Shown here in pieces: positions 48,987-56,931 of a stretch of DNA of 57,429 nt. The notes below the pieces were generated by a model. The model was given only the letters and a program-made list of their open reading frames with translations, was not told where the DNA came from and ran no database searches. The stretch is from a virus. Its lineage: Duplodnaviria > Caudoviricetes. The stretch is taken from positions 1 through 57,429 of IMG/VR virus record IMGVR_UViG_3300037427_004775; one strand, written 5' to 3'. The position numbers and the translations under genes were made by a program. The number at the start of each line of letters is the position of its first letter. Within the stretch, counting starts at the first letter, position 1.

Positions 48987-49018
48987 TTGAGGCACCTGTA
49001 ACCCGTGCCTCCCTGCGG
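48987..49018 (-). repeat. Conserved hairpin element, copy 3 (1-nt loop deletion)
   Basis: Minus strand CCGCAGG-GAGGCAC-GGGTTACAG-GTGCCTC-AA, 10 nt after the TAA at 49029. Confidence 0.92.
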
Positions 49019-49028
49019 TATAGCTTAA

Positions 49029-49148
49029 TTACTCTTCAGTTGAATCACCAGAGTCAACTACTTCTGCAGTATCTGACCCGGTATCTTCATCTTTGTCACT
49101 ACACGCACATAGAAACCCAAGTGCCGCAATCGTAAGAAAATACTTCAT
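49029..49148 (-). CDS. 39-aa acidic lipoprotein (below the ORF-track cutoff)
   Basis: MKYFLTIAALGFLCAC-SDKDEDTGSDTAEVVDSGDSTEE*: signal peptide, lipobox and acidic tail; strong GGAGGTG RBS. Confidence 0.8.
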   Translation of the reverse strand: MKYFLTIAALGFLCACSDKDEDTGSDTAEVVDSGDSTEE

Positions 49149-49282
49149 TCTTCACCTCCAAGACGACAATATACACACAAACAATTCGTTGTATATACTC
49201 AAGTTTGCTTATTTAAGCTATTTTCTTTCGGAGGGCCCACATTCCATCGAAGAGGGTATTCTTTATTATTCATGTCTTTAAA

Positions 49283-49654
49283 TGGTGGACCCGGCGGGAG
49301 TCGAACCCGCGTCCGCAATAGCTTCAAAGTCAAGTCATTCACAGGTTTGTCTAATTTATTCCCAAATTAGAAAGGTAGCCACAAAATTCCCTTTTCCTAT
49401 GTAGCCTTGGAAAACCACCTGATCAAATCAGGGTAACCATTGCGATTTTTTTATTTCGCAGGATCTCTACCTGTTATCTTAAATTGGGTAATAAGGTCTT
49501 AAGCAACCCCACCGACTAAGCCGCTAAGCGGGCAGATTCGAAGTGATAATTGTTATTGGCAATTAAATTTTTGAAACCGCGTTTAAGGTCCGCTATTTCG
49601 TGTGACCACCTGCACTCTCGTTCTCTCCTACCCCGTCGAAGCCGTTTCGGGCCC
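49283..49654 (-). ncRNA. ssrA: tmRNA (372 nt), tag peptide ANNNYHFESARLAA*
   Basis: 5' GGGCCCG pairs with 3' CGGGUCC-ACCA with G3-U alanine identity; 5' UUCGAC motif; T-arm GCGGG-UUCGACU-CCCGC; tag ORF 49560-49516 ends in LAA. Confidence 0.96.
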
Positions 49655-49661
49655 TAATTAG

Positions 49662-49859
49662 TTATTTATCTTTTTCTGCATTGATCGTGGTACGAACCAA
49701 GTCAGCTGCAGCACCCTTGAGAGCTCTTAGACCTCTTCGCGCGCGCACACCTGCTGATTTATTTCCTCGTGCATTCTTATGAACATCAAGTTCAAGACTT
49801 TCAACCAGAACTTTAATTTCTTCCCACTGTTCAAGAATAGATGAAGTATTGTCTGCCAT
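49662..49859 (-). CDS. Second histone H1-like Hc1-family small protein
   Basis: DVHKNARGNKSAGVRARRGLRALK; GGAGG RBS. Confidence 0.82.
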   Translation of the reverse strand: MADNTSSILEQWEEIKVLVESLELDVHKNARGNKSAGVRARRGLRALKGAAADLVRTTINAEKDK

Positions 49860-49910
49860 GATTTATTCCTCCTAATTGTCTATACGACATTATTATATAT
49901 CTAGTCGACT

Positions 49911-50156
49911 TTAATTAGTGACAATCAATGTACTGCTTTTATTAATCTCACCATCTGCCACCGCAGTACATGCCTTGGAAAGATAACGCATTTCTTCTAT
50001 GTTTTCTAGTTCTAAAGATAAGAGATAGACTAGTTGAACAATTTGCTTTTGTGATACTCCAAAGTTTAAAATTTCTTGAACGATATCTCGGCACTTTGCC
50101 CTATCTTTTATATCTAGTTCATCTTCTGTATCACCGTATGTTTTTATCTTTGCCAT
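49911..50156 (-). CDS. Hypothetical protein
   Basis: 81 aa ORF overlapping the upstream gene end. Confidence 0.7.
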   Translation of the reverse strand: MAKIKTYGDTEDELDIKDRAKCRDIVQEILNFGVSQKQIVQLVYLLSLELENIEEMRYLSKACTAVADGEINKSSTLIVTN

Positions 50157-50652
50157 CTTCGATCATATCCTTGTAGCTTATTTTATTATTCTCTACAAGT
50201 TCTGCTCTTGTAAATGACTCTATTTTAACTTTTGCCCCACCGAGCATTTTCATAATCTTTCCAGAAACTGTGCCTTTAAACTCTTCCCTGGTAAGTACAA
50301 TAGGCGGCGCTTCGAGACCCGTTTCATAATAAAACTGAACTTCTTCCCAAACAGGGATATCACATTCGTAAGTGTCTAGTATTTTAGCAATATTTTCTGG
50401 GATCGATGCTCTAATATCTTCTTTAGTCATTACAGAGATTGACATCTCTCTACCAGTTACGATTTCAGATTCACATACATCAGTAATGTTGTGAACGACA
50501 CCACAGTTATTGCAGTGAACAATTTTTGAAAGCACGTTGTCATCATTATCAATAACTGTAAACACTACAAACTTATGAAAAATCGGATCTTTCATTTTTC
50601 GAAACTGTGGTAAAATACAATGACATTGAATCAAGTGTTTAATACCTCTCAT
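50131..50652 (-). CDS. Hypothetical Zn-ribbon-like protein
   Basis: CHC...HCNNCG...C; ATGA coupling to def. Confidence 0.7.
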   Translation of the reverse strand: MRGIKHLIQCHCILPQFRKMKDPIFHKFVVFTVIDNDDNVLSKIVHCNNCGVVHNITDVCESEIVTGREMSISVMTKEDIRASIPENIAKILDTYECDIPVWEEVQFYYETGLEAPPIVLTREEFKGTVSGKIMKMLGGAKVKIESFTRAELVENNKISYKDMIEDGKDKNIR

Positions 50653-51137
50653 TTTAACTTCCTTAGTTTTTTCATAGCAATTCTTCTTGTATTTCTATTG
50701 ACCCTACTAAGAAATGTCTTTCCTAGTAAATGATCCACTTCATGGTGAATGCACACAGCTTCAGGCCCCGAAAAAACCTTCTTGGCCGTGGCACCGTTAA
50801 TGTCTAAGTATTCAACAGTTATCTGCATTGGCCTTGCTACATGCACGCCAATATCGGGAAAACTTAGACAACCCTCTTGATTGACTTCATTCCCGGCAGT
50901 TGAAACAATAACTGGGTTGATCATGCAGTTTGGTTGATCTTCTTCTTCTGAACAATCGAAAACAAGAATAGACTCAGTAAATCCGACTTGATTTGCTGCT
51001 AGTCCACAGCCGTTATTTTCGTACATTGTATCAATCATATTATTGATTTTATTTAACAGTGCCTCGTTGATTTCGAAAACTTCCTCCGTGGGTGTATCCA
51101 AGCATTTATTTGGATATCTTAGAATATCAAGAATCAT
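50649..51137 (-). CDS. def: Peptide deformylase
   Basis: All three motifs present: GCGLAANQVG, EGCLS, HEVDHLLG. Confidence 0.96.
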   Translation of the reverse strand: MILDILRYPNKCLDTPTEEVFEINEALLNKINNMIDTMYENNGCGLAANQVGFTESILVFDCSEEEDQPNCMINPVIVSTAGNEVNQEGCLSFPDIGVHVARPMQITVEYLDINGATAKKVFSGPEAVCIHHEVDHLLGKTFLSRVNRNTRRIAMKKLRKLK

Positions 51138-51637
51138 TTCGAATGCCTATCTGCAACTGATGACGATGCCCAAGATTCTGGTTTCACTTTAAACGGAAAA
51201 CCAGCACTTCTTGCATAACCTGTTAACATGTCAGCATATTTTCCAGTTTCACCATTTTCGATAGATGCGCTTATATCTAGATGTAATTCTATAGAAGCTT
51301 CAGGACAACTTTTTGAAATTTTTAGTGCAGTATCAACTGTTTTTTGAACTTCAGCTAGCATTCTTGTTGCTAGGGTTTTGAATGATTTGGGTTTTTCTTT
51401 TTTTCTACTGATAAAATATGTTCCACCAGATTGTCCATCAGCACCGTGGAGACAAATAGCTTTTGCAAATACGCAACTGTCTTTATTTAAGATGCTATCT
51501 GTACCTACAAATATTTTCCCCCCTTTTCTCGTGTGCGTCTTTAAAGTTTCTAAAATTTCAACAAAAGAAACATGTTTCTCACCATTCGGTGTAAACCATA
51601 CTTGATCAGTGTCTTTGTCTTCTTCCTCATTTGTCAT
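51134..51637 (-). CDS. RNase H-like YkuK (DUF458) family protein
   Basis: IFVGTDS, RMLAEV, ELHLDI, VKPESWASSSVADRH. Confidence 0.88.
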   Translation of the reverse strand: MTNEEEDKDTDQVWFTPNGEKHVSFVEILETLKTHTRKGGKIFVGTDSILNKDSCVFAKAICLHGADGQSGGTYFISRKKEKPKSFKTLATRMLAEVQKTVDTALKISKSCPEASIELHLDISASIENGETGKYADMLTGYARSAGFPFKVKPESWASSSVADRHSK

Positions 51638-53030
51638 AGACTAGTGCTCCTGATGTACTGATTAATAATTTTAAATTCTCATGGGCGGACTTGACAGATC
51701 TCAATAGTGATCCTGTAGGAATACATTTGGCATCTTTAAAAAATAGTCGAATTGAACTCGACAGGACATTGCTTAACCAATCCTCAGATAGATCTAGATC
51801 TTTTATCCTCGTCATTCCGTAATCTCTAACAATAGGGATTGATCGAAAACCTCCGTCGATATCTTTTCTAATTTTTCTGGCCAAGTCTTTTGGTATATCT
51901 TTACTTAAAGACACATGCACACTTCTAGATGAAAGCGATCTAATTCTTTCTCTGATCGATGATTCATAAAGATCAAATGTATGTGAATCTAAAGTTTTTC
52001 TTTTTATTTCTATTTCAGAACGTAGTCGCTGCAAGTGCAATCTAGTTGAAGAAGCACCGCCAATATTTGTGATTAAAAGTTTACCTTTTCTTATTTCAAC
52101 GTGATCAGCCACAGAGACTTCATTATAGTCGATGCTTGATATCAATTCGCCTTTGAGATAAGAAACAGGATCTGTTTTACAAACTACGGATATGTCAACA
52201 AAAGAATTGATAAGATTTTCATCATTTTTTAGCTTTAGAGGGAACACATTAAGTGTTTGTCTCTGCATATTGACATAAAGTGTTTGGAGTACTTCGTCTC
52301 CAAAGCCCCTTGCAATTAAAATAACTGGATCTAAATTTTTTGAAGCACTTTCTAGCAAATGATTTATCTCTGAAACAGATTCTATAATCCCATCAATAAC
52401 TATGCAATTTACAAAACTATGATTCCATTGACGTCCATTGAAAAAGAATTCATCAAATGTTTCTATTGAAAAGGCGTGAGAGTGCTTTACTTCTAATGTA
52501 GTGAAGGCTTCCTGGTTTGTTTCAATAAAGATTTTACCATCGAGCCCAGCATATTTGCAACTATTTAGTATAAGATCCTTGCTTAGTTCAGCCTTGTTTA
52601 ACTTATTAATGAATCCAAAAAAACTATCTGATGTTCCAATGATCGATGAACTTGAAATATCTTCATAAAATGAACGCTCTAGTTTTTCAAGTACTTGGAT
52701 TGGATCCAAACCAGAAGCTTTTTCTATTAATAAATGTTTGAGAACTTCAATAGAATAGAAAAAAGAAAAGTCAGAAAAGAAAGGCGATGATCGAAACGCC
52801 TTCAAAGACTGACTTACTAGTATTTTAACGATCTCTTTAGTTACCGGAGATTCATATTCAATACATTGAATCGCCTCTACTAGACCGTCTAAGTGAAAAA
52901 GTTGACCATTTTTATTTTCGAAAATAGCATCTTTATTATAAAATAATGAGATATCGTTAGAAATCTGCTGAATGCCGTTTTTGAAGTCATTAAAATAGTC
53001 GTCTGCTGCAATGACTTTCGTATAGCTCAT
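51627..53030 (-). CDS. Divergent GroEL/chaperonin-60-like protein lacking ATP-binding motifs
   Basis: Apical-domain match IESVSEINHLLE...PVILIARGFGDEVLQTLYVN...DISVVC and RERIRSLS; no GPKG or GDGTTT. Confidence 0.72.
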   Translation of the reverse strand: MSYTKVIAADDYFNDFKNGIQQISNDISLFYNKDAIFENKNGQLFHLDGLVEAIQCIEYESPVTKEIVKILVSQSLKAFRSSPFFSDFSFFYSIEVLKHLLIEKASGLDPIQVLEKLERSFYEDISSSSIIGTSDSFFGFINKLNKAELSKDLILNSCKYAGLDGKIFIETNQEAFTTLEVKHSHAFSIETFDEFFFNGRQWNHSFVNCIVIDGIIESVSEINHLLESASKNLDPVILIARGFGDEVLQTLYVNMQRQTLNVFPLKLKNDENLINSFVDISVVCKTDPVSYLKGELISSIDYNEVSVADHVEIRKGKLLITNIGGASSTRLHLQRLRSEIEIKRKTLDSHTFDLYESSIRERIRSLSSRSVHVSLSKDIPKDLARKIRKDIDGGFRSIPIVRDYGMTRIKDLDLSEDWLSNVLSSSIRLFFKDAKCIPTGSLLRSVKSAHENLKLLISTSGALVYDK

Positions 53031-53052
53031 AAAACCATTGTACTGAATTAGA

Positions 53053-53304
53053 TCAAATCGTGATCCAGATGACTGAATATTTTTCGATTATTGTTTTTTG
53101 TAGTGTTATAGTGATGTCATTTGAGCTAATCTTTACGGGCTTTAAACCGTCAAATGAAAGCCACCCGCTTACACTAGAATAAGCAATATCTTTTTGTGTA
53201 TGAAAAATCTCTTCCCCTGGATAAAAAAAGTTATTATGTCCTCTGACACTTACTTTGAAAGGTGTACCTTTTTTAATTGTACCTTCGAGGGCTTGATAGG
53301 ACAT
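53053..53304 (-). CDS. Hypothetical protein
   Basis: 83 aa ORF, TAATG-coupled to the upstream gene. Confidence 0.6.
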   Translation of the reverse strand: MSYQALEGTIKKGTPFKVSVRGHNNFFYPGEEIFHTQKDIAYSSVSGWLSFDGLKPVKISSNDITITLQKTIIEKYSVIWITI

Positions 53305-53585
53305 TAGCTTTCTCCAGAAGAGCTTTTACCAAAATTACCAAAAGCATCTGCCAAAGCAGCACTAGCGGACTTTATTTTCTCAGATTCAGCATTCTTTTCT
53401 TCCAAAACTTTAGTCTTTTCAGCAATTTCAAATGCCGTTCTAAAAATAGCACCTAAAATACCCAATGAGACTAGCGTGATTCCAAAAGCTTGATTGTCCC
53501 ATACACTATGACTTAAGGCACCCATAGCTACCATGAGTTCTTGAATTTGAAATTTGATACCGACTTTATTTGATTGAAAACGCAT
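53304..53585 (-). CDS. Small membrane protein with C-terminal coiled coil
   Basis: Start MRFQ at 53585 with AGGAGG RBS; TM segment FGITLVSLGILGAIF. Confidence 0.7.
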   Translation of the reverse strand: MRFQSNKVGIKFQIQELMVAMGALSHSVWDNQAFGITLVSLGILGAIFRTAFEIAEKTKVLEEKNAESEKIKSASAALADAFGNFGKSSSGES

Positions 53586-53591
53586 TGTTGT

Positions 53592-53633
53592 ACCTCCTGT
53601 CTTATTATAAGGCAGGAGATAACTAATGTTCAA
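53592..53633 (-). promoter_or_regulatory. Sigma-70 promoter overlapping an RBS-sequestering hairpin
   Basis: TTGAAC-18 nt-TATAAT; hairpin AUCUCCUGCCUU-AUAAU-AAGACAGGAGGU contains the RBS in its 3' arm. Confidence 0.65.
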
Positions 53634-53636
53634 ATA

Positions 53637-55571
53637 TTATGAGTCACGCCAAAGGTTGTTGCTTGCATATGTCAAAATCTCTTCGGCAGAGTTTTCATCA
53701 TAACCGTACTCATCAATCATAGTCTGGACCATTTCTGAATATTTTTGCTGTTGATCATCATCTCTAGATTTGCTCTTTGTTACGACTCGGGCAAGATCTT
53801 TGACAGATGACATAAGATATGTCTCGATTGCTTCTTTGAGTGGCGCATAGCTAGTATGATCAATTTTTTCATTTCTTCGCATCTTAGCAAACATATATGC
53901 AGTAACATCTGATCTAAATCCATCCCTGGACGACCCCATGATACCTATTGTCTCTTCAATGGCTCGCATAAAGTCCTCATCTGGCTCCATGGACTCTTTT
54001 GTCACCCTGTTTTTCATATTTTGCCTAGTGGTATAAGCCTCAGCATTATCAAGGTAGGTGTCAAATATTGATTGAGCTTGTTCAGAATAAGCAGTGATGA
54101 AAGCTTTTGCGATCTCATTTTCTAATATTTTTAAATACTCTTCTCTAATTACCTTTCTAAGTAATTCTAGACAATATGTTCTAAATTCTTCATTTATTAG
54201 CTGCTCTTCTGTTTGACGTATTAATGAGTGTATAACAGAGACAGGGGTTATCATGTTCTTTTCAGAGTCTGTTAAGGAATTATCAATAGCCTTCATAATA
54301 AAACGTGTTGAAATTCCATCCATGCCTTCATTTCGAGTTTCCTCTCTAAGGTCTTTTATGTCTACTTTTTTGACTTTCCCTTTTTCAATGACGTCTTCAC
54401 CATTGTAAATTTTCATTTTTGTAAGGATATCACACTTCGAAGTAGGCTTTAAGCGACTCATGACTGAGAACATCGAAGCTATTCGTAATGTATGCGGTGC
54501 AATGTGAGCTGAAAAGTCTGATCTACTCAGCTGCTTTTCATAGATTTTGACTTCTTGATCAAGTTCTAACACGTATGGCACATTAATTTTAACGACACGA
54601 TCTAAAATGGCTTCGTTTGTATGCTCACTCTGGAATCGATTCCACTCTGACTCATTACAGTGTGCCAGTATCACACCGTCAAAATAAATCATGTCATGCT
54701 TTCCAGGAGATGGGACTCGCTTCTCTTGCGTTGCTGTGATTATTGTATGAAGGAATTCGATTTCATTTTTGAAGATTTCAACTAATTCGACAATTCCTCT
54801 ATTTCCAACATTGAATGCACCGTTCAATGATAGCACGCGTGGATCATCTTCTGAGTACATGTCCAGCTTCGAAATATCTTCAGAGCCAATCAATACAGAT
54901 ACATCCTGACTATTAGCATCCATAGGTGGCACAGAAGCAATTCCTCGCCTAGCACGCTGAGAGAACGTTGACTCTTTTACGGTGAAATCTTCATATTTTC
55001 CGTCGTGTTCTTCTAATAATCTATGTCTTGCAATCGGGCTTATATCACCCTCTATTTTTACGCCCAACATCTCTTCAAAACGTGTGCGAAGACTTCTTGG
55101 TATAAGGTGTAATGGTTCACCTCTTTGCGCATCACCTTCAAGATGAAAGTAACTCTCTCCATCGAGCGCCTTCTTGATGTGTTCTGTTAGTGCAGATTTA
55201 CCAGCACCCACCGGACCCATGAGAAGTAATACCTGTCGAGATTCTTCACCCCGCTTGGCAGCAGAGTTTAAAAATCTCATAATTTTAGCAATGACTCTTT
55301 CGTTTCCAAAGAATTCATCTTCAAAATATTTGTAAATTTTTATAGAGTCGCCACCAAAAAGCTTATGACAACGTTCATCAGAATCATCCATCACTCGAAC
55401 ACCGTGAACTTCTAATGCATTGCACAATCTTTTATGCGATAGCTTTACAAGATCTGGGTTTTGTTTTACGAGATCAAGGTATTCTAAAAATGTTCCCCTA
55501 AACTTTTCTCTCTTTTTTTCATTTCTTTGACTCTGAATTAAATTCAAGAAATCGTTTTCATTTTTAGGCAT
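53637..55571 (-). CDS. prkA: PrkA/YeaG AAA+ serine protein kinase family
   Basis: LLLMGPVGAGKS, QDVSVLIGSEDISKL, GAFNVGNRGIVELVEIFK, AHCNESEW, EAILDR, HIAPHTL. Confidence 0.96.
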   Translation of the reverse strand: MPKNENDFLNLIQSQRNEKKREKFRGTFLEYLDLVKQNPDLVKLSHKRLCNALEVHGVRVMDDSDERCHKLFGGDSIKIYKYFEDEFFGNERVIAKIMRFLNSAAKRGEESRQVLLLMGPVGAGKSALTEHIKKALDGESYFHLEGDAQRGEPLHLIPRSLRTRFEEMLGVKIEGDISPIARHRLLEEHDGKYEDFTVKESTFSQRARRGIASVPPMDANSQDVSVLIGSEDISKLDMYSEDDPRVLSLNGAFNVGNRGIVELVEIFKNEIEFLHTIITATQEKRVPSPGKHDMIYFDGVILAHCNESEWNRFQSEHTNEAILDRVVKINVPYVLELDQEVKIYEKQLSRSDFSAHIAPHTLRIASMFSVMSRLKPTSKCDILTKMKIYNGEDVIEKGKVKKVDIKDLREETRNEGMDGISTRFIMKAIDNSLTDSEKNMITPVSVIHSLIRQTEEQLINEEFRTYCLELLRKVIREEYLKILENEIAKAFITAYSEQAQSIFDTYLDNAEAYTTRQNMKNRVTKESMEPDEDFMRAIEETIGIMGSSRDGFRSDVTAYMFAKMRRNEKIDHTSYAPLKEAIETYLMSSVKDLARVVTKSKSRDDDQQQKYSEMVQTMIDEYGYDENSAEEILTYASNNLWRDS

Positions 55572-55623
55572 AAGTTTTCCTCTGTCTTAGAACCATTATA
55601 GGCCTACATTTAGTAAATATAAA

Positions 55624-56931
55624 TCAAATTTCCCATGGTTCCTCTTCAATGATCGTATGAAGCTTAACAACACCATTCCAGAGGATTGAAATATTATTAA
55701 CAACCTGCTCGGCGTAGTTCAATTCTAAGTCTCTATCGTCGTGATCATGCTGTAAAACGAGGACATTTCCAGGCTCTATATCAATCACACCGATCACTGG
55801 GATACTATTTGTTCCCGTACTAGTAATGAGCGCTTCTTTTATTTTTCTCCAACCATGATCATCAGATATGTCATCTATTGTATAGGCATTCTTTTTAGCA
55901 GAATAGCTAAATAAATTTAATTTTAAAAAATCTTCTTTTGTTAAAAGCGCTCGAAGGGCAGCAACATCATGAAATACTTCTCTAATAAAAAAGCACTCAT
56001 CAAGCCCCTGTTCTTCTTCTATTCTTTGAAAAAGATGAAAACCCAAGTGATAAGGATTTATTGCACCAACGTGCGGCCGCACGACTTGATTGTGCGTTTT
56101 CAAAAATGGAATGTGAAGGTCTTCAGTTAGTTTTAACTCATGCATCATTTTGTAGTGCCAGAACGAAGCCCAGCCTTCATTGAGAATTTTTGTTCGAATT
56201 TGTGGTACAAAATATAAAGATTCATCCCTCACGATTGAGATGAGGTCTCTCTCCCAGTCTGATAAATGATTACCGTGCTCAATAATAAAACCCAGTACAT
56301 CAATATCAAAGTTTATTGGAACCTTTTCGCAATCAGTGTCCCTATACTTGTCATCCTTGCTTGTTCTAATTTTTTTAATTAGATCTTCTTTTAAAATTTT
56401 ATGATCTATTCTTTCCTGACCATCGCGATACGTCTGAAATCTTATGGAGTGAGCTGCATCTAGTATTTTTTCAACCTTTTCTATTCCAACAGACGGATCT
56501 TCAATGTAGCCCTGGATTCGATTTCTAGCATTTCTAAACTTTGAAAGAACTGTGCTCGGGTTAGTTTTTGCAAACTGTGGGTTATTTTTAAAGAAATCAG
56601 AGTGCCCAACACAGTGTGCCATGATTAGAACTTGCATATAGAGGGGATTTTCTCTCATTAGATAAGCAATTGATGGGTTTGAATTGATAATCAATTCATA
56701 AGGGAGACCCTCAAGGCCTGCGTTATAAAGCTGATGCGTTCTTTCAAAACTTTTCCCATAAGACCAGTGTGGGTAATGACTCGGTAAACCATGATAAGAC
56801 ATGTGTCCAATCATTTCATAGTAGTCACATATTTCATAATCAATGGGAAACCAGTCAAGGTTATAAGACTTGGCCAAGTCTATAATTCTATCATCCCACT
56901 TTTCTAGATCGCTTATTTTCCAATCATTCAT
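55624..56931 (-). CDS. spoVR: SpoVR/YcgB family protein
   Basis: YPHWSYGKSF, YELIINSNPSIAYL, MAHCVGHSDFFKNN, TKILNEGWASFWH, NPYHLG; start MNDW at 56931. Confidence 0.96.
   Translation of the reverse strand: MNDWKISDLEKWDDRIIDLAKSYNLDWFPIDYEICDYYEMIGHMSYHGLPSHYPHWSYGKSFERTHQLYNAGLEGLPYELIINSNPSIAYLMRENPLYMQVLIMAHCVGHSDFFKNNPQFAKTNPSTVLSKFRNARNRIQGYIEDPSVGIEKVEKILDAAHSIRFQTYRDGQERIDHKILKEDLIKKIRTSKDDKYRDTDCEKVPINFDIDVLGFIIEHGNHLSDWERDLISIVRDESLYFVPQIRTKILNEGWASFWHYKMMHELKLTEDLHIPFLKTHNQVVRPHVGAINPYHLGFHLFQRIEEEQGLDECFFIREVFHDVAALRALLTKEDFLKLNLFSYSAKKNAYTIDDISDDHGWRKIKEALITSTGTNSIPVIGVIDIEPGNVLVLQHDHDDRDLELNYAEQVVNNISILWNGVVKLHTIIEEEPWEI

Noticed and set aside
48371-49018. Hairpin repeats as a CRISPR array
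   Set aside because: The intervening sequences are 256 and 294 nt long and each contains a gene; CRISPR spacers are about 30-40 nt. No cas operon is present.
48371-49031. Hairpin repeats as stop-codon readthrough (SECIS/PYLIS-like) signals
   Set aside because: The stops are TAG, TAG and TAA; the Hc1 TAG is followed immediately by TAA, and the other extensions end within 20 codons.
49199-49273. 24-codon ORF (MNNKEYPLRW...) just downstream of the tmRNA 3' end
   Set aside because: No RBS and too short to support; probably tmRNA trailer or promoter sequence.
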